Assembly (NCBI GenBank): GCA_034927775.1
Contig: JAYFPL010000077.1
Location: forward strand, 12,906-76,905
Source of the DNA: Anaerovorax sp.
GTDB taxonomy: Bacteria; Bacillota; Clostridia; Peptostreptococcales; Anaerovoracaceae
Direction: 5' to 3'
Length of the DNA: 64,000 nt
Shown here: piece after piece, positions 8,105 through 16,754 of the stretch
Numbering within the stretch: the first letter of the stretch is position 1
How the letters are laid out: the number at the start of each line of letters is the position of its first letter
Program-made: the position numbers and the translations under genes
Notes under the pieces: model-generated
The model's input: the letters and a program-made list of their open reading frames with translations, nothing else
The model's database searches: none
Told to the model about the DNA's origin: nothing

Positions 8105-9433
8105 ATGAGAAAAAAAATAATTTGGAAAAAAAGTCTGGCGTTCTGTCTGACATTCTGTTTACTGATGAGTGTACTCAGCGGATGCAGCTTTGAAAAAGAA
8201 GAGCAGCAATCGGAAGCCCTCATTGCTTTAGAGAGTGCCGTTAACTATTATAAAACACAGAATAATTTGAATAATTGGGAAGAATTAGTAGCTCTTTGTG
8301 CAGCAAATCAAGCGGATGGAATCGGCATTGGCTGGAGTTTCCTTAATCTTCCAAAAACACCAAAAGTGAATGAATACGCCTCCTCCTATATCGGAGTTAT
8401 TTTAAGTGATACCATCAAGGGAGAAGGAGATCCAATCAGCTTAGCGAAAAAATTGTCAGAGACACAAAACGAAGAAAGTGGTTCCTTTGACTCGATTTAC
8501 ATCAATCAACACGTATGGGCTATGATTACTTTAAACGTTGCAATCAGTAAAGACGGTTATGACTATGATAAAGCAGTCTCTTACCTTCTTTCCTACCAGG
8601 CAGAAGACGGAGGATTTGCTTACGGTCAAAACCTTGCCGAAGGTAATGTTGATTTAACCGGGATAGCTTGTATTGCATTAGCTCCATATTATCAAAAACA
8701 TAAAAAAGATCCTGCAATGAAAAAAATCATCCAATTCTTTAAAGATAAACAATTGGAAACTGGTGGTTTTGAAAATGGTGATGTAGAAAATCCTTGCACC
8801 ATTGCTGCAGCCATTTGGGGACTTTCTGCCTTTGAGCAATCCCTACCGTCTACCGATGAAGGTCTCACTCCATTTGAAGCCTTAGTTGCTTTTCAAAACG
8901 AGGACGGCAGCTTCCGAATGAAAAAAGACGGTGATCATAAGTTTGACAATCTTGCTACAAGGCAGTCTACAATCGCTTTGTGTGATATTGTAAATGATAT
9001 TAATACGTATCTTTTACTTGCTTCTGGCGCAGAAACGTATCGTATTGATCATATATCAGGACCTGCTATTACCTTAACTATTGATTATCCAGAAGGCAGT
9101 GGAGAGCAAGACGTTCATGGACCATTCACCATTGAGGAAGGATCAACCGTTTTGGATGCAATCGTATTATATGGGAAAATTACAGAAACTCCAATAGAAC
9201 ATAAATCCGGTGATATTAAAAGTATTAACGGCTTTTCCGAAGAGTCAAATGAAGATACAGAAACACCAAATAATTTACCAGAAAATCCGGTAGGCTGGAG
9301 TTTTACAGTAAATAACCAAATGCCTGAAAATAATGCAAAAAATACAATTTTGAAAGAAGGCGACCTTTTAACTTGGACTTTTGCTCCTTCCTTACCTCTG
9401 GAGGTACAAAAAGAAAATGCAGCGGTTCAATAG
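8105..9433 (+). CDS. Lipoprotein fusing an alpha/alpha-toroid (prenyltransferase-like) domain with a C-terminal DUF4430 domain (transcobalamin-like architecture)
   Basis: Lipobox LSGC. Repeats YQAEDGGFAYG, QLETGGFENG and FQNEDGSFRM. C-terminal DUF4430-like ITLTIDYPEG...STVLDAIV...INGFSEE...GWSFTVNNQMPENNAKNTILKEGDLLTWTF. Confidence 0.7.
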   Translation: MRKKIIWKKSLAFCLTFCLLMSVLSGCSFEKEEQQSEALIALESAVNYYKTQNNLNNWEELVALCAANQADGIGIGWSFLNLPKTPKVNEYASSYIGVILSDTIKGEGDPISLAKKLSETQNEESGSFDSIYINQHVWAMITLNVAISKDGYDYDKAVSYLLSYQAEDGGFAYGQNLAEGNVDLTGIACIALAPYYQKHKKDPAMKKIIQFFKDKQLETGGFENGDVENPCTIAAAIWGLSAFEQSLPSTDEGLTPFEALVAFQNEDGSFRMKKDGDHKFDNLATRQSTIALCDIVNDINTYLLLASGAETYRIDHISGPAITLTIDYPEGSGEQDVHGPFTIEEGSTVLDAIVLYGKITETPIEHKSGDIKSINGFSEESNEDTETPNNLPENPVGWSFTVNNQMPENNAKNTILKEGDLLTWTFAPSLPLEVQKENAAVQ

Positions 9434-9573
9434 CTTTCAGTAAATCACCATTTACTCTTCATGAAAATAACATGAATGACCTTTACAATGAACATACATG
9501 GTAGAGGTCATTTTATATTATAAATACAAAAACAAAACCATTGAATCGGTTTAAATAAAGGAGAATCCAACAA

Positions 9574-10284
9574 ATGAAAATCAGAAGGTATCAACCATTA
9601 AAATGGGTTGCCCTTTTTACACTCTTGGGTATCGTTTGCCTTCTCGGAACAGTAGCCTGTAAAGTAAATCAACAAAACCAATATGAAATGGAACCTGCAT
9701 TTTTAAAAATTGGAGAAAAAAAGATTTCTATACACTATGTTGTAAAAATAGATGGAAAAGAAGTATCTCTAGAAGAATATCGCTATCACTTTTTAAATAT
9801 GAAAGATACTACAGAAGATGGAAATGAAACTTATTTTTTAAATGATAATGATGGCACTTTACAACGTCGATTAAAATCCGATACGATGACAGCCTTAAAG
9901 GAAGTATACGCCATCGAAAAGCTTGCAAAAGAGAACCATTTAACTCTTTCCCAACAAGAAGAGGAAAAAATCGACAACGATATAGAAAATCAAGTTATCT
10001 CTTTAGGCAGTGTCTCTGCTTATAAAAAAGCTTTGCAGGAAAGCTATATGACCAATGACATCTATCGAAAAATATGGAAAACCACCTTCTATTATGAGAA
10101 GCTGTATCAACATTATTATCCCGAGGACAAAACTATAGATTATGAAACTTTACAGCAACCAAGCGAAGAAGAGATTGCAAAAAATGAAATCAAACTACAG
10201 GCAATGATTGCAAAAACAGCAGATTCCTTAATCGTAGAATATGCTCCAGAATATGATTTGATTTCAGTTGATACCCTATATTAA
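9574..10284 (+). CDS. Membrane/lipid-anchored hypothetical protein (possibly SurA-N/PrsA-like chaperone without PPIase domain)
   Basis: Signal sequence ending LLGTVAC. Good RBS AAAGGAGAA. The functional assignment is weak. Confidence 0.4.
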   Translation: MKIRRYQPLKWVALFTLLGIVCLLGTVACKVNQQNQYEMEPAFLKIGEKKISIHYVVKIDGKEVSLEEYRYHFLNMKDTTEDGNETYFLNDNDGTLQRRLKSDTMTALKEVYAIEKLAKENHLTLSQQEEEKIDNDIENQVISLGSVSAYKKALQESYMTNDIYRKIWKTTFYYEKLYQHYYPEDKTIDYETLQQPSEEEIAKNEIKLQAMIAKTADSLIVEYAPEYDLISVDTLY

Positions 10285-10371
10285 TTTGAACGCTTTCCTT
10301 CTTTAAATATAGATACACACTTTAAAAAATCCCCGAACACTAGGTTCGAGGATTTTTTCATATCGATCCAC

Positions 10372-11634
10372 TTAAAGCAACTCATCACTTAAAACACAAA
10401 TTTCATTTGCATTTCTAAGCAAGATTCTTGCACGCAGTGGATAATAAATTCCCTTCTCATATTCTCCGTATTTTTTTATTTCTGTATCGTTCAATGCCCG
10501 ATATAACGGCAACTTCATCTCTTTCTCTTCATATTGAACTGTGTAGGAAGGTTTTGTACATCGAATTTCCCGATCAATCATAACCCACATTCTATCTGCT
10601 GTTTGTTTGGTTCTTGCTTGCATTTTACAAGTTCCGCTTCGATACCGGATAGAATAAAAATCATCATTCTTTTCAATATAACTCATAAAAAAATTACTGT
10701 TTTCAAATACTTCTTTTCTTGCATCCATACAAAAATAAATTCCGATTGAAAGTAACAATATCATTACGAAAACAGCAAAACAATATCCTTTCTTATGCAA
10801 GCCGCTAATCTTTCTTTCTTTCGGCCAATCTGATTCTTTTAACGAAAATCGTACCCCTGTTCCGATAAGAGATCCAACCATCCAAGCCCCTACAAAGCCC
10901 CATTCAAAATCTCCTAATACGATACCCAAAATAAGTGAGATCCAGCCCCCTCCAATCAAAATAATATATAAAATCTTAACCACTGTCGCAGATTTTTTTG
11001 TGCGATTGATTATATTCAATGTAACAGATTCTGTTATTTTGTCAGAATAAAAATGATAGAAATGATAAATTCGATTTAATAACATAATAATGCTTCCGAT
11101 AAAGCAAACAAAACCTATACCAATGATCGCCTGCATACTATAAGATGATAAATAAAATTGAGTCCAAAGATATGCAACATTATCTTCAATTTTATATCCC
11201 AATAAAAAGAGTACCAGAAAATAAAGAAACATTAGGATACTGTTTCGTAAGTCTTTTTTTCTTATCCGCTGTTCTTGTTCCCTCTTTATCTCCCAATCCG
11301 TTTGCAACGGAATTGGATTTTTTCCATCTAAGGCACGAAATATTTTATATTCATCCCACTGCCAGCAGATTTTCCACCCGGAATCTTCACATACATCCAA
11401 ATAAGGCTGTATCTCTATGTACTGCTTTGGTCGAAAAACATCAACATCATATCTCGCTTCCTGTGGTTCCACTTTTTGATATTGAGCAACCGGAAGGAAA
11501 CACCCCAATGAACAAAACCGATACCCCTTTTTCTCTCTTTCCTCAAGATATGGTGCAATGTATTTATAATCCTGTTTGAAAAATGGCCAAAATCGCCAGC
11601 AATATTTCTTTTTTCTTTTTTGATTCTCCAACAT
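10372..11634 (-). CDS. DUF2812 domain membrane protein (copy 1)
   Basis: N-terminal YCWRFWPFFKQDYKYIAPYLEEREKKGYRF..., about 5 TM helices and a C-terminal soluble domain. Located downstream of a PadR gene, the usual DUF2812 context. Confidence 0.7.
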   Translation of the reverse strand: MLENQKRKKKYCWRFWPFFKQDYKYIAPYLEEREKKGYRFCSLGCFLPVAQYQKVEPQEARYDVDVFRPKQYIEIQPYLDVCEDSGWKICWQWDEYKIFRALDGKNPIPLQTDWEIKREQEQRIRKKDLRNSILMFLYFLVLFLLGYKIEDNVAYLWTQFYLSSYSMQAIIGIGFVCFIGSIIMLLNRIYHFYHFYSDKITESVTLNIINRTKKSATVVKILYIILIGGGWISLILGIVLGDFEWGFVGAWMVGSLIGTGVRFSLKESDWPKERKISGLHKKGYCFAVFVMILLLSIGIYFCMDARKEVFENSNFFMSYIEKNDDFYSIRYRSGTCKMQARTKQTADRMWVMIDREIRCTKPSYTVQYEEKEMKLPLYRALNDTEIKKYGEYEKGIYYPLRARILLRNANEICVLSDELL

Positions 11635-12143
11635 ACCAATATCTACCCCTTCTATGTCGTCAATAGTCCTTTACCAAGTGCATCACGAAAGCTTTTTCTT
11701 TTTGGTTTTGAACTTATTTTTTTCTTTTTCTCTTCCAGCTGCTCCGGTATATTTTCCATTACCCCTTCTTTTTCAGCTACAAGCTCTTCTTCTTGCTTCA
11801 TACCATCCCGATTAATCGGCGGCAACGTGCCATCCTCATTAAAAAAGAATCTTCCGTCTTTCACTAATTGATGCAATCGTGTATACTCTCGCGTTAGCAC
11901 CTCTTCTCCAAGCTCCGTCAAGCAATACATCTTTCTTCTTTCCACCTCACGAGTCTGCAGGATAATTCCTTCCTTCTCAAAGCGGGATAACAATGCATAT
12001 AGCGTTCCGGCACCGACCGCCACACGACCGTCTGTAAGCTCTGTAATGCTCTGCATAATACCATAGCCATGCCGTTCCTTTGTTAATGCCAATAGCACAT
12101 AGTACATCGGCTCAGTTAGAGTTTTTAATTGTTCTCTCGCCAT
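11260..12143 (-). repeat. High-identity segment of tandem duplication, unit A (DUF2812 5' third plus PadR)
   Basis: Protein-level near-identity to 13042-13934. Boundaries are approximate. Confidence 0.6.
11652..12143 (-). CDS. PadR family transcriptional regulator (copy 1)
   Basis: MAREQLKTLTEPMYYVLLALTKERHGYGIMQSITELTDGRVAVGAGTLYALLSRFEKEGII is a PadR winged-helix signature. Confidence 0.85.
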   Translation of the reverse strand: MAREQLKTLTEPMYYVLLALTKERHGYGIMQSITELTDGRVAVGAGTLYALLSRFEKEGIILQTREVERRKMYCLTELGEEVLTREYTRLHQLVKDGRFFFNEDGTLPPINRDGMKQEEELVAEKEGVMENIPEQLEEKKKKISSKPKRKSFRDALGKGLLTT

Positions 12144-13416
12144 TTTTAGCTTCCTCTCTTAAATGTTTTTCATTTGTTATATAAAAAGTGTTTCCTTTTC
12201 TTAATAATATCCTACCAATATCCGGATACAATATGCCCGTATCATAATCGCCATATAGCTTAACTTGATCTTTCTTCATAACTTTTCTAGTAAGCAAAGG
12301 AATCTCCTCTGTATTATTATTTCCGAATTTTTCCTCTAGCCTGCGTTCAAATTCACGTATTTCTTTATCTATTAGCGTCCACATTTTATCTGCTGTCTGC
12401 TTTGTTCTCGTTTCAAACATACAATTCCCTCCATACCAAAGAGAGGAGAAATTATCATCTTCTATAATTTTTGTCATATAAAAATTTCCAGTTGGCAAGG
12501 ATTCCTTATTTAACTTCAAACACAAATATCCTCCCAAAGAAAATAAAATAGAAAGTGACATAACAACTAATAAATATTTTTTTGTATGTACGCCTTTCAT
12601 TCTTACTTCTCCTGCCCATTGAGATTCCTTTAATGTAATGCCTGTAATGATTGCTATGCTTATTCCGATAATCCATCCAAGAATAAGGCCCCCATCCATA
12701 TCTCTCGTAGTCACTGCAAATAAAACACAGCCCCAAATACTTCCAATAATAAAACAATCTACAATTTTAAAAAAATAAGCCCACTTTTTTCTTTCATAAA
12801 GCGTATCAGTTGGATTAAAATCCTCCTCTGTTTTTTCATTACTATAAAAGTTATATAATCGCCAAAGACGATTTAACAACACACAAAAACTTCCGATAAA
12901 AACAATCATTCCTATTCCAATTAAAAACTGACTATCATAGGATTCAAGGTAAAACGCTCTCCAACTCCAATCTCTTGCAATGCTAAAGAAAATATAGCAA
13001 AACCATATAAAAATAAGAATGCTGTTTCGTACATTTCGTTTCACTATTTGTTTTTCCTGCTCCCGTTTCATCTCCCAATCCGACTGCAACGGAATCAGAT
13101 TTTTTCCATCAATACCACGAAATATTTTATATTCATCCCACTGCCAGCAAATTCCCCATCCAGAATCTTCACATACATCCAAATACGGTTGTATTTCTGT
13201 GTATTCTTTCGGACGAAAAACATCTACATCATATCTTGCTTCCTGCGGCTCCACTTTTTGGTATCGAGCAACCGGTAGCAAACACCCTAGTGAACAAAAC
13301 CGATACCCCTTTTTTTCTCTTTCTTCAAGATATGGCGAAATGTATTTATAATCCTGTTTGAAAAACGGCCAGAAACGCCAACAATATTTCTTTTTTCTCT
13401 CTCGATTCTCTAACAT
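12112..13416 (-). CDS. DUF2812 domain membrane protein (copy 2)
   Basis: N-terminal ~125 aa nearly identical to copy 1. The 3' end overlaps the PadR copy 1 start by 32 nt in another frame. Confidence 0.7.
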   Translation of the reverse strand: MLENRERKKKYCWRFWPFFKQDYKYISPYLEEREKKGYRFCSLGCLLPVARYQKVEPQEARYDVDVFRPKEYTEIQPYLDVCEDSGWGICWQWDEYKIFRGIDGKNLIPLQSDWEMKREQEKQIVKRNVRNSILIFIWFCYIFFSIARDWSWRAFYLESYDSQFLIGIGMIVFIGSFCVLLNRLWRLYNFYSNEKTEEDFNPTDTLYERKKWAYFFKIVDCFIIGSIWGCVLFAVTTRDMDGGLILGWIIGISIAIITGITLKESQWAGEVRMKGVHTKKYLLVVMSLSILFSLGGYLCLKLNKESLPTGNFYMTKIIEDDNFSSLWYGGNCMFETRTKQTADKMWTLIDKEIREFERRLEEKFGNNNTEEIPLLTRKVMKKDQVKLYGDYDTGILYPDIGRILLRKGNTFYITNEKHLREEAKNGERTIKNSN

Positions 13417-13934
13417 ACCATTTTTTACCCCTTCTATGTTGTTAATAGTCCTTTACCAAGTGCATTCCGAAAGCTTTTTCTTTTTGGTGCGGAACTTATT
13501 TTTTTCTTTTTCTCTTCCGGCAGCTCTGGCATGCCTTCCATCACCTCTTTATCCGTCTCAGTCACACTATCCGTTTCTTCTTTAGTCTTCATTCCATCCC
13601 GATCAATCGGTGGCAGCGTGCCATCTTTATTAAAAAAGGATCGTCCGTCCTTTACTAATTGATTCAGTCGAGTATACTCGCGCGTTAACACTTCTTCCCC
13701 CAGCTCGGTTAAACAATACATCTTTCTTCGTTCCACCTCACGAGTCTGTACAACAATCCCTTCTTTTTCAAAACGGGATAGCAAGGCATATAAGGTTCCA
13801 GCACCAACCGAAACACGCCCCTCTGTAAGCTCTGTAATGCTTTGCATAATACCATATCCATGCCGTTCCTTCGTCAATGCCAATAACAAATAATACATTG
13901 GCTCGGTTAGAGTTTTTAATTGTTCTCTGGCCAC
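13042..13934 (-). repeat. High-identity segment of tandem duplication, unit B
   Basis: See unit A. Confidence 0.6.
13434..13934 (-). CDS. PadR family transcriptional regulator (copy 2)
   Basis: Near-identical to copy 1 over the DNA-binding domain. Confidence 0.85.
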   Translation of the reverse strand: MAREQLKTLTEPMYYLLLALTKERHGYGIMQSITELTEGRVSVGAGTLYALLSRFEKEGIVVQTREVERRKMYCLTELGEEVLTREYTRLNQLVKDGRSFFNKDGTLPPIDRDGMKTKEETDSVTETDKEVMEGMPELPEEKKKKISSAPKRKSFRNALGKGLLTT

Positions 13935-14045
13935 TTTTTTCCCCTTCCACTATTTTAATTTTTATAATTCAATTATATATCGATATTAGATATATCTATA
14001 ATCAATATATTAATCACTTTTTTATTTTTGTCAACCCTTATTTAT

Positions 14046-14074
14046 TTGAAACATATTTAATAAACTGCTATAAT
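14046..14074 (+). promoter_or_regulatory. Sigma-A promoter of the SOD gene
   Basis: TTGAAA, 17 nt, TATAAT. Confidence 0.55.
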
Positions 14075-14122
14075 ATGGTTAAACTAATGTATAATTACTT
14101 ATTTTGAGAGGAGAAGATCGAT

Positions 14123-14752
14123 ATGAACGAACATTACAAATTTGAGGTGAAACCTTTGCCTTATGCGTATGATTCACTTGAGCCTCACATTGGAAGAAAT
14201 ACACTTTGCTTCCACCATGATAAACACTTGCAATCCTATGTAGATAACTTAAATAAAGCGTTAGCCGATGAACCTGCTTATCAAGAATGGTCATTGGAAG
14301 AATTGATTATACGTCAGGACGAACTTCCGGAAAACATTCGAACTGCTGTTCGAAACAATGCAGGCGGTGTATATAACCATTTTTTATATTTTGATGGTAT
14401 GGCACCAGTAAATACTACAAAGCCTTGCGGTAATTTGAAAGATAAAATTGAGCAAACCTTTGGATCTTTAGAAAACTTTGAAAGTAAATTAAAAGAAGCT
14501 GCTCTTTCCCAATTTGGATCTGGCTGGGCTTATCTGGTAACTGATAAAGACGGTAATCTCAGTATTGTAAAAACAGCAAATCAAGATACTCCGCTTACCT
14601 TAGACTTGTGTCCAATTTTAACAGTAGATGTTTGGGAACACGCATATTACTTGGATTACCAAAACCGACGTCCTGATTATTATAATAATTGGTTCTATGT
14701 TATTAACTGGGATGAGGCTGAAAGAAAATATAATAATTGTTTACAAAAATAA
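14123..14752 (+). CDS. sodA: Fe/Mn superoxide dismutase
   Basis: LPYAYDSLEPHI, FHHDKHLQSYV and DVWEHAYYLDYQNRRPDY are canonical Fe/Mn-SOD motifs. Confidence 0.92.
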   Translation: MNEHYKFEVKPLPYAYDSLEPHIGRNTLCFHHDKHLQSYVDNLNKALADEPAYQEWSLEELIIRQDELPENIRTAVRNNAGGVYNHFLYFDGMAPVNTTKPCGNLKDKIEQTFGSLENFESKLKEAALSQFGSGWAYLVTDKDGNLSIVKTANQDTPLTLDLCPILTVDVWEHAYYLDYQNRRPDYYNNWFYVINWDEAERKYNNCLQK

Positions 14753-14763
14753 ATAAAAACAAA

Positions 14764-14795
14764 AGATAGAAACGCATTTTGTTTCTATCTTTTTT
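14764..14795 (+). terminator. Rho-independent terminator after sodA
   Basis: AGATAGAAAC/GTTTCTATCT stem plus T-run. Confidence 0.7.
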
Positions 14796-14822
14796 CAATC
14801 ATTCATAATCTAGGAGGAATTT

Positions 14823-15311
14823 ATGGCAAAAACTATAGCATTAAAGACAAATGCACTTCGCTTATTGGATGCAAAAAAAATTCAACATCAAATATATACC
14901 TATGATGCTCCTGAAGGATTCCTAGATGGAATTTCTGTTGCTAAAGCCACTGGGCAAAATCAGGATCAGGTGTTTAAAACTTTAGTTACACAAGGCACCA
15001 GCAAGGAACATTATGTTTGTGTCATTCCAGTTGCTTGTGAATTGGATTTAAAAAAAGCCGCAAAGTATTTTGGAGAAAAAAAGATTGAAATGATTCCTGC
15101 AAAAGATATTACAAATATCACCGGCTACATTAAAGGTGGTTGCTCTCCTGTTGGTATGAAAAAGCTTTTTCAAACGGCAATCGATAAAAAAGCCGCTGCT
15201 TTTGATACTATTATCGTCAGCGGCGGCCGTGTCGGTCTGCAAATGGAATTACCAGTTCAATCACTTTGTGAACTTACAAAAGCTCAATTAGTTGATTTAA
15301 CGGTTGAATAA
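14823..15311 (+). CDS. ybaK: Cys-tRNA(Pro)/Cys-tRNA(Cys) deacylase YbaK
   Basis: YbaK/EbsC family pattern (TNALRLLD..., ITGYIKGGCSPVGMKK). Confidence 0.85.
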   Translation: MAKTIALKTNALRLLDAKKIQHQIYTYDAPEGFLDGISVAKATGQNQDQVFKTLVTQGTSKEHYVCVIPVACELDLKKAAKYFGEKKIEMIPAKDITNITGYIKGGCSPVGMKKLFQTAIDKKAAAFDTIIVSGGRVGLQMELPVQSLCELTKAQLVDLTVE

Positions 15312-15698
15312 TTCCTCATCATCAAAAGAAGCAGCGGTTTCCAACCAAAGTTTCATTTGAGAAAAAGTCTCTTCACTAATAATGTGTTCAATTCGGCAGG
15401 CATCCTGCTCTGCCGTTTCTTCACTTACTTCTAATGCTTCCATTAAAAATTGTGCAATCAGACGATGCTTTTCATAAACACCCCTGGCTCTTTCTCTTCC
15501 TTTTTCTGTTAATATAATATTTCCTCCGCTTTCTACTGTAATATACTCTTCACGCTTTAAAATACTCATAGCACGACTGATGCTTGCTTTTGTAAAATCT
15601 AATTTATTTGCAATATCTACAGAACGTACTGTGCCTTTTTCTTTTTCAAGCAACAAAATTGTCTCTAAATAATTTTCACCAGACTCTTGTAGTTTCAT
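15297..15698 (-). CDS. DtxR/MntR family metal-dependent transcriptional repressor
   Basis: ESGENYLETILLLEKEKGTVRSVDIANKLDFTKASISRAMSILKREEYI is the DtxR-type HTH. Short form, 133 aa. Confidence 0.8.
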   Translation of the reverse strand: MKLQESGENYLETILLLEKEKGTVRSVDIANKLDFTKASISRAMSILKREEYITVESGGNIILTEKGRERARGVYEKHRLIAQFLMEALEVSEETAEQDACRIEHIISEETFSQMKLWLETAASFDDEELFNR

Positions 15699-15796
15699 AG
15701 CTTCCTCCTATTCGAAGTAAAGTGTTTGTAGGTATTAGTTTATCATATTAAGCAATATTTTTCATTCATTTTTAATTAAAAACTTTGTAAAACAGA

Positions 15797-15825
15797 TTGA
15801 CAATCCACAAACTAAACTCTATACT
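15797..15825 (+). promoter_or_regulatory. Sigma-A promoter of the Cys-rich mini-protein gene
   Basis: TTGACA, 17 nt, TATACT. Confidence 0.55.
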
Positions 15826-15832
15826 TTAATTA

Positions 15833-15848
15833 GTTAGCAATTGCTAAC
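15833..15848. promoter_or_regulatory. Perfect 16-bp palindrome, candidate DtxR-family operator
   Basis: GTTAGCAATTGCTAAC lies 8 nt downstream of the -10 box. Its half-site resembles the DtxR/IdeR box TTAGGTTAGCCTAACCTAA. Confidence 0.5.
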
Positions 15849-15867
15849 CACAAGAAAGGAGTCGCAT

Positions 15868-16026
15868 ATGGCAGATTATATCATTGGTACAATTATTATT
15901 TTGCTATTAGTTTTTGCCATTCGTAAAACCATAAAAATAAAGAAAAGCGGAGGATGTTCTGGATGTTCAAATTGCGCCGCCTCCTCTTTCTGCAAGCAAA
16001 AACAAGAAAAAACTGATAAATTATAA
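15868..16026 (+). CDS. FeoB-associated Cys-rich membrane protein (52 aa)
   Basis: MADYIIGTIIILLLVFAIRKTIKIKKSGGCSGCSNCAASSFC: one TM helix followed by a GGCSGCSNC cluster. Starts at ATG 15868 behind a GGAG RBS; the track ORF begins at an upstream TTG. Confidence 0.7.
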   Translation: MADYIIGTIIILLLVFAIRKTIKIKKSGGCSGCSNCAASSFCKQKQEKTDKL

Positions 16027-16030
16027 AACA

Positions 16031-16059
16031 AAAGACTGTGCAACGCAGTCTTTTGTTTT
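16031..16059. terminator. Bidirectional terminator between convergent genes
   Basis: AAAGACTGTG/CGCAGTCTTT hairpin with flanking A-run and T-run. Confidence 0.65.
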
Positions 16060-16071
16060 ATATTATTTATT

Positions 16072-16638
16072 TTATAAATTCATTTCTGGATTCAGGCTTC
16101 GCATAGCTAGTATTGTTTTTTGAATCAGCTCATCCAATTCCCATCCGAGCATCTCTGTTCCCTGGGTAATTACTTCTCTTGAGCAGCCTGCAGCAAAATT
16201 TAACGTTTTAAATTTCTTTTTTACAGACTTCAACTCCAAATCATCTACACTTTTTGATGGACGCATAACAGCAACTGCTCCGATTAGTCCTGTTAATTCA
16301 TCGGTTGCAAATAGTATTTTCTCCATTGTACTTTGCGGCTTGATATCTACAGTCAATCCATACCCATGACTGCATGTTGCATGAATGATCTCATCATCAA
16401 GATTAAGCTCTGACATCAAACTTTGTTGCTTTATGCAATGCTCATCTGGGTATAGTTCAAAATCCAAATCATGAAGCATTCCGACTACTTTCCAAAATTC
16501 CACTCTGCTTGGATCATACTCCTTTGCAAAATAACCCATAACTCCCGATACAATTTCACCGTGCTTTAAATGAAATGGATCTTTATTATATTTTTTCAAA
16601 ATCTCTTTTGCTTCTTCTACTGTAGGTATATAATTCAT
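16072..16638 (-). CDS. HD/HDIG domain phosphohydrolase family protein
   Basis: HLKHGEIVSGVM...VVGMLHDLDFE is an HD motif. Start moved to ATG 16638 behind a GGAGGAG RBS. Confidence 0.7.
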   Translation of the reverse strand: MNYIPTVEEAKEILKKYNKDPFHLKHGEIVSGVMGYFAKEYDPSRVEFWKVVGMLHDLDFELYPDEHCIKQQSLMSELNLDDEIIHATCSHGYGLTVDIKPQSTMEKILFATDELTGLIGAVAVMRPSKSVDDLELKSVKKKFKTLNFAAGCSREVITQGTEMLGWELDELIQKTILAMRSLNPEMNL

Positions 16639-16715
16639 TTTTTCTCCTCCTTGCCTGTCCAATGATTTGTACTTATTTACTATACAATTATTATCTATAA
16701 TCCAAATTAAAATGA

Positions 16716-16754
16716 ATAACGCCAACCGTCACTAAATCCGACAGCTGGCGTTAT
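16716..16754 (-). terminator. Strong 15-bp hairpin plus U-run between the citrate-synthase operon and the HD gene
   Basis: Minus strand ATAACGCCAGCTGTC-GGATTTAGT-GACGGTTGGCGTTAT followed by TCATTTTAATTT. Confidence 0.6.

Noticed and set aside
13963-13977. Calling TATAATTCAATTATA a PerR box controlling sodA
   Set aside because: The half-site register differs from the B. subtilis PerR box TTATAATnATTATAA, and the DNA is extremely AT-rich. I kept it only as a palindrome worth testing, not as an annotated PerR site.
16639-16725. N-terminal 29-aa extension of the HD-domain ORF in the track (MALFILIWIIDNNCIV...)
   Set aside because: The internal ATG at 16638 has a strong GGAGGAG RBS. The extension is hydrophobic and AT-driven, and it overlaps the terminator region.
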